A stretch of DNA of 64,000 nucleotides, from contig JBLIRP010000002.1 in the NCBI GenBank assembly GCA_049472355.1, positions 1,118-65,117 on the forward strand. Reading direction: 5' to 3'. The stretch comes from a bacterium (GTDB taxonomy: Bacteria; SZUA-182; DTGQ01; JAFGSM01). Under the pieces are notes generated by a model that worked only from the letters and a program-made list of their open reading frames with translations, did not search any database and had not been told where the DNA came from. The position numbers were made by a program, and so were the translations under genes. This document shows, piece by piece, positions 52,556-59,639 of this stretch (position 1 is its first letter; every line of letters starts with the position of its first letter).

Positions 52556-53094
52556 CAACTGCCCGGCGTCCTCACAGCGATTTGTACCGTCACCGGTGCC
52601 AAGGCATCATCCCTATCAGCGGCCCCTTCCCCTCACGCAGGGGGCTTTCTGACAGGTCGCAGCATGCGACTATCATCCCGGATTCCTTTGCATGAGCGAT
52701 CCCTGCACGGCCTCTCCCCATGAATATCCGTTTCGTGCAGGTCCTCACGTTGTCAAGCCCTGCACTCCGTTCTCATACGTCCATCACCTCTTACGATCAT
52801 TTACCAATCGACCATTACGAACCAGCGCCTTTTCCCGCACACCAGCTCAACCGCTTTCCTCTGGTGCGCAGGTCTTATGCGTAAAACATTCTTATGTAAG
52901 AATTCGTACGCCTCTTCCGGAAACCTTGGATTCGCCGATCGTATACGATATTTTGCATCCGCACAGATCCCCGTCGCTGGACTACTTCGAATTTGCCCTT
53001 TTGGCCTGATATCCGACCTGTCCAAAAAAATGACGCCTAAAGGAACGGTCGGGACCATCCATACCTTCAGGGACGGGAAATCTGAACCACGCAC
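52556..53094 (-). ncRNA. group II intron-like structured RNA, 5' part only (domains I-III); no IEP ORF or domain V seen
   Basis: GC-rich island in AT-rich DNA with no credible ORF. The minus strand starts GUGCG (53094-53090). It contains GAGGAAAGCGGUUGAGC and GGUAAAUGAUCGUAAGAGGUGAUGGAC, which resemble Ll.LtrB domain I (UGGAAAGCGAUGAGU; GGUAAGUUAUGGUUGUGGAC) as I recall it. Confidence 0.5.
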
Positions 53095-53129
53095 CATTTT
53101 ATCCCCTTCGATATAATTTTTATTATTTT

Positions 53130-53157
53130 AAAAGGTAGCATGATTGCTACCTTTTTT
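53130..53157. terminator. orphan bidirectional intrinsic-terminator hairpin
   Basis: AAAAGGTAGCA-TGAT-TGCTACCTTTTTT. A 7-bp stem flanked by A4 and T6. No adjacent upstream CDS on either strand. Confidence 0.6.
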
Positions 53158-53615
53158 CAGACTCTAAAAAGCACGCCTGCGACTTGCACCCTGCAGTGAA
53201 AATTTCATATCATTGTAACCATATGTTTTTTAACGTATTTTTAGCTTTGTAGAGATTATTGTTATAGGCATGCATATTGCTCCCCATAAGTGCAGCACTA
53301 CAGAAATATCCTAATCCCATAATGGCCTTATCCACCAAATAAAGATGAAGGAGGGGGGAGAATATCGAATAGAAAAGTCGATGATCTCATAATTCAATCC
53401 ATCAATTATATATCACTATTCTACGGTTTTCTTACGGCCCTTTCATGCCGAGCCTCAGCACACGCGAAGACGTTGTATTAGGGCTCATTGAATTCGTAGT
53501 TTTTATCCTTTGAATTTGTCGATCCTGTTATCATCGGCCGGAAAATAGTGTTCCAAATAGAGGGAATCAAAAGTCACTATTAAAACCTTACTATATTTAA
53601 ACAGAGGTCACGCAA

Positions 53616-54074
53616 ATGTACAGAGATAAAGATTCAACCAATAAGGCTATATTCTATACCAGGGCTGTTAACAGCCCGAAGGATACGTGGTCGATCGATA
53701 CCCAGATCAAAAGGGCGCAATCGTACGCGAAATCCACGGGTTTAAATCTGCAGGAAATATTCGTCGATGAGACGCAGGTCCCCATATACTATATAATAAA
53801 GGATAGGGCCTCCGTATCATCTCAAAAATCCTTCCAGCCCAAGAGGCTTCTTATGCCCGATTTAGTTCCGGTTTATCAAGAGGCTATGACACAACTCATT
53901 GAAATGACAGCTTTTCAGAGGATGCTCGCGTACATTCGTTCGAATCCGGTCAATGTACTTCTGATTTCAAAGCTTGAGATCTTGTTCGCAAACATGAAGG
54001 ATGCATTCAGCTTCGTTGACAATGAGCTAAATCCCCGGCGAATCGCCCTTAAGACCCTTGGTGAGATTAATTGA
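53616..54074 (+). CDS. serine-recombinase (resolvase) catalytic-domain-like protein, probably inactive, no HTH
   Basis: AIFYTRAVNSPKDTWSIDTQI...IFVDE...VLLISKLEILFANMKDA aligns by eye with YARVSTSQQSLDIQ...IFTDK...ILVKKLDRLGRD. The Ser10, Arg68 and Arg71 equivalents are not conserved. Confidence 0.55.
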   Translation: MYRDKDSTNKAIFYTRAVNSPKDTWSIDTQIKRAQSYAKSTGLNLQEIFVDETQVPIYYIIKDRASVSSQKSFQPKRLLMPDLVPVYQEAMTQLIEMTAFQRMLAYIRSNPVNVLLISKLEILFANMKDAFSFVDNELNPRRIALKTLGEIN

Positions 54075-54224
54075 TCGTCGTTGGAAGTAAATCAGAAATA
54101 TAAATTCGGGATTGAAATATTCCCCTGCTTGAGGACAACGGGGTATTTAGAAAAGACAAGAATGTTCACCGGTATTTCGTATTATTATAAGGTTATTAAT
54201 CTCCCTCAACCAGGATAAATCAAT

Positions 54225-54623
54225 ATGCAAATGACGAAGAATACGAGTAAAACCAAGGGAATTGTTGTCTGCAATACAACATTATGCTTAAATTGTGGTA
54301 ATTGTATTGTTGCATGCAAAAGGAGGCATAAAAATATTTCACGTCATAGAAGAGAGGGCGCGACTTTAATCGGCATAAGTTTATTTCCTGATTTATGCAG
54401 TCTATGTCAAGATGCCAAATGCATAGAAGCCTGCAATCGCAACGGGCTGGAAAGAGATGAGAATGGGTATATCATTGTTACGGACAAATGCGTAGGATGC
54501 GGTTCCTGCGCCAGGGCTTGCCCTTATAACGCCATACTGCTTTTTTCCGAGCCAGAGGGAATAGGTTCTTTTTTGGGAGACTTTGTTTCTTATATCAAAA
54601 GCTTTGTGAAAAAAAATGGATGA
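54225..54623 (+). CDS. CooF/HybA-like multi-[4Fe-4S] ferredoxin
   Basis: CLNCGNCIVAC, CSLCQDAKCIEAC, CVGCGSCARACP cysteine clusters. 132 aa. Confidence 0.85.
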   Translation: MQMTKNTSKTKGIVVCNTTLCLNCGNCIVACKRRHKNISRHRREGATLIGISLFPDLCSLCQDAKCIEACNRNGLERDENGYIIVTDKCVGCGSCARACPYNAILLFSEPEGIGSFLGDFVSYIKSFVKKNG

Positions 54624-54629
54624 GATACT

Positions 54630-55772
54630 ATGACGGAAGCCAAAATAATGCAAAAAGTGATAGTCATTTGTGATTTATCAAATTGCTTAAATTGTGGTAA
54701 CTGTATTATTGCCTGTGAACGCAGGCATAAAGATATTTCACGACATTCCCGGGTCTTTTCTACAATTATCGGGATCAGTCTATTGCCGAGTCTATGTATG
54801 GTATGTAACGATCCTAAATGCATAGAAGCTTGTAATCATGATGGAATGACAAGAGATGAACATGGTCACATCGTTGTTACGGATAATTGTATTGGTTGCG
54901 GCTTGTGTATGAGAGTTTGTCCGTATAACGCGATACTATTATTCTCAGGGGAAATCAGAAGAAGTTCATTTATGGATAAGCTCATTGATTTAATACGCCC
55001 AAACGGAAATAACATTGAGGATAATAATGGGAAAAAATCCAAGGCCATTGATTTGGAATCCGTAGAAGACATTATTGACCGACATGGAAATGGAGCTGGC
55101 TCTTTGCTGAACATCCTCAATGATATTCAAGACCATTATGGTTATTTATCCCAGGAGGTATTGAGATATGTTTCAAGAACACGTGAAATACCTCTGACAC
55201 AGATTTTCCATGTCGTTACGTTTAATCGAGGATTCAATCTCATTCAAAATCAGCGATGGGAAACCGAGGGATCAAATGGAACAACCTGGCATATAGGCGG
55301 CGCCCAAAAGATAACAGAGATGTCAAATTTCGACAACGATGGTTTTCACCTGAGGATAAATGACAAGAAATGTGTATCGTGCGGTCTCTGCGTAAAGGCA
55401 TGTGAAGAAGTAAGCGGAGCTTGTGCATTACGTTTCTCCAGACAGGTTATTTACGGAGAGGTTAAGAAGCCGTTTTTGGAATTCCCTGAGGCCTGTACCG
55501 GCTGCGGTGAGTGCGCCAAGGTATGTCCTACAAAGGCAATCACCATTGACTATGAAGTTGAAAAAATGCGATCCAAGCAGAAGGTAGTAAAATGTGACGG
55601 CTGCGCTGGATACGATGACAGGGCTTGTGTCGTTAACTGTCCAACTGGGGCACTAAAGGCAATACCGTTGGATGAATATCTTTCTCAACATAAGATATCC
55701 TACAATATAGAATTAAGAGATATGCTTAAGCAGTCACTCAAGGAAAAAGGCGAGGCTATTTCTCCTTTATAA
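54630..55772 (+). CDS. multidomain Fe-S protein: CooF-like N-terminus + NuoE-like helical segment + polyferredoxin C-terminus
   Basis: CLNCGNCIIAC, CMVCNDPKCIEAC, CIGCGLCMRVCP. LLNILNDIQDHYGYLSQEVLRYVS...HVVTF (NuoE-like, no 2Fe-2S cysteines seen). CVSCGLCVKAC, CTGCGECAKVCP, KCDGCAGYDDRACVVNCPTGAL. Confidence 0.82.
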   Translation: MTEAKIMQKVIVICDLSNCLNCGNCIIACERRHKDISRHSRVFSTIIGISLLPSLCMVCNDPKCIEACNHDGMTRDEHGHIVVTDNCIGCGLCMRVCPYNAILLFSGEIRRSSFMDKLIDLIRPNGNNIEDNNGKKSKAIDLESVEDIIDRHGNGAGSLLNILNDIQDHYGYLSQEVLRYVSRTREIPLTQIFHVVTFNRGFNLIQNQRWETEGSNGTTWHIGGAQKITEMSNFDNDGFHLRINDKKCVSCGLCVKACEEVSGACALRFSRQVIYGEVKKPFLEFPEACTGCGECAKVCPTKAITIDYEVEKMRSKQKVVKCDGCAGYDDRACVVNCPTGALKAIPLDEYLSQHKISYNIELRDMLKQSLKEKGEAISPL

Positions 55773-55872
55773 CAGCACAATAATGCAGTAAGTAGTCTTT
55801 TCTATGACCTATTATCATTGCAATTCGTTACTTTTTGATATCGCTAACTAGTATGGCTAAAGAATAAAAATA

Positions 55873-55892
55873 AGGATAAACATCCTCTTTTT
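55873..55892 (+). terminator. weak intrinsic terminator after the first Fe-S gene pair
   Basis: AGGAT-AAAC-ATCCT followed by CTTTTT. Only a 5-bp stem. Confidence 0.3.
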
Positions 55893-56125
55893 ATATATGA
55901 TCGATTCTATTCATTTATATTCATATAAGATCCACCTCAAAGTCAGTTTAAAAAATCTATTAGAGAATATCGATTCTCAAATGTAATAGACTGTTTGTAC
56001 AGAACTTTTTATTTTTTTGATCGTACATTCGTATTGGGCAGGTTATAGCTTTTGATGATTGTTTATAGTAATTAAATTCATATAGATAATGAGATAAACA
56101 ATATGATGGAGTATAAGGTGATATT

Positions 56126-57331
56126 ATGGACAAATTAATCGTTATCCTCTTATTTGAGGATGATCCTACTCATGCCGGCTTGATAAGAAAGGTATTGCAT
56201 TCCTATAACAGATCAATCGTTGTAGAGCAGGCATCGACTGCAGATGAATTTTACGACTTATTAAAAAAGGAACCAAAATACGATTTAATCATATGTGACT
56301 ATGATCTTCCAAGGAATATAGGGTTGAAGATGTTGAAGAGAACAAGAAGAGAGTTCATGTTTAAAAGGCCTATAATCGCACTGGTCGGTATGCGGTATAA
56401 GAAATTTGCAGAAGAATTGATTGCATTCGGGGCTACACGCTATCTCATTAAGACAGAAAATTTTCATAATTCTCTTCCATTGATTGTCGAGGATTGTCTA
56501 AGGGCAGGTCCTGAAATAATGGAACATGTTATTAAGAGGCATGACCAGGATTCGTTGATACGATTCAAGATTGATGGACAGGAAGTTGAGGGAGTCAAAG
56601 GGGAAACCATACTGGAAGTGGCCCGCAGGTATAGTATCAAAATACCAACCCTTTGCTATCATCCTTCAGTGAGCACGTATGGGGGGTGCCGGCTTTGCGT
56701 CGTTGAGGTGATCAAAAACAAAGGGAAACGACTGGAACCATCATGTGTATTCCCAATATCGGACGGAATCGAGGTCAAGACGGCAAGTGAAAAGGTGCTT
56801 AATACGCGAAGGTTGGTTTTGGAGCTTTTGCTGGCTCAATGTCCGAATGCAGAGATTTTAAGGAAAATTGGAGAGGTTCTTGGTTTGCAGAGTTCCCGCT
56901 TCCCTTTGAATACAGATGGTAATAAATGTATTTTATGTGGCTTATGTGTCCGAGTATGCCGGGAGGTCGTCGGATTGGGGGCTATAGGCTTTTCTCAGAG
57001 ATATCTTCATCGCGAGATAACCCCACCGTTCTGGGAGCTGTCCGAAGCCTGTTCCGGATGTGGGGAGTGCGCCAAGATATGTCCAACCGGTGCAATCACC
57101 TTGGAATACATTGATGAGAAAATACGAAAAAAACGCGGTGCTGTAGCGGTTAAGTGTGACGGATGTGCGGGGTATGGTAACAAGGCTTGTGTGATCAACT
57201 GTCCAACGGGGGCTCTGGATGTTGTTCCGTTAGAGGAGTATGTTTCCAAACACAAGATATCTTTTAATGCAGAACTCGAAGAGCTTATGGAGAATTCAAC
57301 CGAACAGGAACCTGAGGGAAAATATGAATAA
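56126..57331 (+). CDS. response-regulator receiver domain fused to NuoG/HydA-like [2Fe-2S] + [4Fe-4S] modules
   Basis: REC: LLFEDDP, LIICDYDLP, YLIK. 2Fe-2S: IRFKIDGQEV...PTLCYHPSVSTYGGCRLCVVEV...PSC. 4Fe-4S: CILCGLCVRVC, CSGCGECAKICP, KCDGCAGYGNKACVINCPTGAL. Confidence 0.85.
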   Translation: MDKLIVILLFEDDPTHAGLIRKVLHSYNRSIVVEQASTADEFYDLLKKEPKYDLIICDYDLPRNIGLKMLKRTRREFMFKRPIIALVGMRYKKFAEELIAFGATRYLIKTENFHNSLPLIVEDCLRAGPEIMEHVIKRHDQDSLIRFKIDGQEVEGVKGETILEVARRYSIKIPTLCYHPSVSTYGGCRLCVVEVIKNKGKRLEPSCVFPISDGIEVKTASEKVLNTRRLVLELLLAQCPNAEILRKIGEVLGLQSSRFPLNTDGNKCILCGLCVRVCREVVGLGAIGFSQRYLHREITPPFWELSEACSGCGECAKICPTGAITLEYIDEKIRKKRGAVAVKCDGCAGYGNKACVINCPTGALDVVPLEEYVSKHKISFNAELEELMENSTEQEPEGKYE

Positions 57332-58220
57332 GAATGCCGAGAATCAGCATACAGTCTTTCGTGTGTTTTGGGTTTTGCTAGTCATTATTATTACCTTTTA
57401 TTTATACCTGCGATACAAGGCATATTTCGCCACGCCAAGCCATTTGAGACATTTTAATCCGGTCACACTTGAGCCTAATCAGCTTCATCAAGTACTCAAG
57501 CCGTCAGGGAGTTTGGGACATGGTCTCGGTATTGCGGGGTCGATCTTAATGATTTTATGTGTGATTTTATATATTTTGAGAAAAAAAATTGAAAAGCTGG
57601 AGTCCCTGGGACCGCTTTCCTTATGGTTGGAAATACACATCTTTCTCGGCATACTGGGGCCTGTTTTGATCTTCTTTCATTCTGCTCTGAAATTTGGCGG
57701 TTTAATAGGTATTGGATTCTGGTTAATGGTAATTGCCGTCATTTCAGGGGTTCTGGGAAGAACATGTTTTGGAAAGTATTTTGGGCGTTTAACCAGGAGA
57801 TATGAGCTGTTACATAAAATCGACGTCTTTCTCGAAAGGGATTTGAAAGAGGCAAGTCAGAATTCTTCCATCATTAAAAGGACCATGGAGTTGAAATCAT
57901 CAAACTTCCCAAGCAATCTAGGCATAATAGCCGCTTTGAAGGAATGGGCATATATAAAGAAGGAAAAAAATAATCTGATGGTCTTAATAGAAAAGAAATA
58001 TGGTAATAAAGGATCAGAAGAGCATGAGACACTTAAAAAATGGGCTACCGAAGTTATTAGTAGGTTGGATGAAATAAGTGCTGTTTCTGCCTTAAACCTT
58101 CATTTATCCATAATAAATAAATGGCTCTTGATCCACGAAGTATGTAGTTATTTATTGTTTATTTTCCTTTTTATCCATGTTTTTGTAACTGCATATTGGG
58201 GATATACGTGGTTATTATAG
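57324..58220 (+). CDS. polytopic membrane protein with two H-x13-H helices (candidate di-haem b-type electron conduit)
   Basis: The start ATG overlaps the upstream stop (ATGAATAA). WLEIHIFLGILGPVLIFFHS and LLIHEVCSYLLFIFLFIHV each place two His exactly 13 residues apart within TM helices. A soluble insert of about 115 aa precedes the last TM. Confidence 0.75.
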   Translation: MNKNAENQHTVFRVFWVLLVIIITFYLYLRYKAYFATPSHLRHFNPVTLEPNQLHQVLKPSGSLGHGLGIAGSILMILCVILYILRKKIEKLESLGPLSLWLEIHIFLGILGPVLIFFHSALKFGGLIGIGFWLMVIAVISGVLGRTCFGKYFGRLTRRYELLHKIDVFLERDLKEASQNSSIIKRTMELKSSNFPSNLGIIAALKEWAYIKKEKNNLMVLIEKKYGNKGSEEHETLKKWATEVISRLDEISAVSALNLHLSIINKWLLIHEVCSYLLFIFLFIHVFVTAYWGYTWLL

Positions 58221-58331
58221 GCCTTTTTTGCTCAATGTAGGCCATAAATTGAATACAAAAAGGATGTAATTAAAAATTTGATTCAAAACTAATGCCTTTC
58301 ATTCATCTAATGTGAGCGAGGTATACCTTAA

Positions 58332-58853
58332 ATGAAAAAATATTCTTTATCCCTGCTATTATTACTCATAGTTGTTTTTTTTCTCCTTTATGCCTGTTTT
58401 CACGTAAAATGGTCAGAGATGCTTTCCCCCGGAGACCTTTCCTTGGCACATGCGGATATGGATTTGTCAGAGGACTGCCAGGCGTGCCATACGAAGGGTA
58501 AACAGATCGATAACGGAAAATGTCTGGACTGCCATGCGGAGATACAAGACAAAATGGATTTAAATCAGGGTCTCCATAGCCAGGCGTCAAGTGAATGTTT
58601 AGATTGTCATTCAGAGCATCATGGAAAGGAAACCAACATTGCTTATTTCGATGAAGATAACTTTGATCATGCCAAGACAGGGTGGTCACTGGAAGGAAGG
58701 CACACGTTGTTGAAATGTGAAGCCTGCCATATGAAAGACTCCTTCTTGCTTGACAAGGCAGATTGCATTCATTGTCATAAGGATTTTCACGAAGGCGAGT
58801 ATGGCACTGATTGTGCTGAATGCCACGATCAGGATTCATTCAGAATGGAATAG
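58332..58853 (+). CDS. hexahaem cytochrome c (paired-CxxCH / c3-c7-like), signal peptide or lipoprotein anchor
   Basis: Six CxxCH motifs: CQACH, CLDCH, CLDCH, CEACH, CIHCH, CAECH. N-terminal hydrophobic leader with a possible lipobox LYAC. Confidence 0.88.
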   Translation: MKKYSLSLLLLLIVVFFLLYACFHVKWSEMLSPGDLSLAHADMDLSEDCQACHTKGKQIDNGKCLDCHAEIQDKMDLNQGLHSQASSECLDCHSEHHGKETNIAYFDEDNFDHAKTGWSLEGRHTLLKCEACHMKDSFLLDKADCIHCHKDFHEGEYGTDCAECHDQDSFRME

Positions 58854-58873
58854 AATGAAGGTCTTACTCCCCC

Positions 58874-59068
58874 TTATTGATCAGGCTGCTGATAGCCCTC
58901 ATCCTCTTCGAAATTTATCAATTCCTTTTTATACTGTAACTCCTTTTCAATAACATAATTTTTCAAGGCCTCTATGATCACATCCTTTATTGGTATAGCA
59001 TCCTTCTCTGCAATAAGCTTAAGCTGTTTATAAATATTGTCATCAAGATTATTGATTTGAATCTTCAT
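58874..59068 (-). CDS. ribbon-helix-helix (CopG/Arc-like) small DNA-binding protein, antitoxin-like
   Basis: 64 aa. MKIQINNLDDNIYKQLKLIAEKDAIPIKDVIIEALKNYV fits a beta-alpha-alpha RHH layout. Acidic tail. Confidence 0.6.
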   Translation of the reverse strand: MKIQINNLDDNIYKQLKLIAEKDAIPIKDVIIEALKNYVIEKELQYKKELINFEEDEGYQQPDQ

Positions 59069-59209
59069 AGTGATACCCTCACATTTGATGTTTTTGGCGT
59101 GACGTATTTATTATTTCTAATCATCACAGGAATGTCCTCATCGAATCCGGCACCAACATAAAAAAACTTCGGTCTTTCTTTGAAAAGCAAATCAACATAT
59201 ATTTCAATT

Positions 59210-59379
59210 CACTACTGTCCGGTTAAAAATAAAGCAATTTGCCCAAGGACGCTAATATCAAGGGTTTTGAGATGTTTGACATTTTATCGATTTCAAATTG
59301 TTTTAACATTTCGCTATCAATAAAATCAATCTGTTACGATCTTAAAAATTGCATTTTTGAGAACAACCGGACAGTAGTG
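59210..59379. mobile_element. 170-bp MITE-like element with 15-bp perfect TIRs and 9-bp target-site duplication
   Basis: TIR CACTACTGTCCGGTT (59210-59224) and its exact reverse complement AACCGGACAGTAGTG (59365-59379). Flanking direct repeat ATTTCAATT at 59201-59209 and 59380-59388. The interior is AT-rich and non-coding. Confidence 0.75.
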
Positions 59380-59639
59380 ATTTCAATTAATTATTTAAAG
59401 CATTGCATATCAATCGGTACTTAGTATACATGTAATGTTTCAGACAAATCAAGTCCGAAAAAAACAATCCGAAAAAAACAATGGCGTATATTTCAGCATT
59501 ACGGGAAGGGCCGGAGGGCTCTTTGGCCCTTGCTGAGGATGTAGAAGGACCAGTAGATAAACCGAATGAAGCTCAGACCTAGTTCTCCAGGCCTTTGTTT
59601 ATAAGAAGGAATGCGATCTTACGGGGCCTAAGACGCGAG

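Noticed and set aside
52496-53116. ORFs of 75-105 aa on both strands in the GC-rich block.
   Set aside because: They have Pro/Ser/Arg-rich, motif-free translations and overlap each other. The region is better explained as structured RNA (group II intron-like).
59130-59160. A tRNA-like TCGAATCC...CACCA string.
   Set aside because: No GGTTCG T-arm, acceptor-stem complementarity or anticodon arm could be drawn around it.
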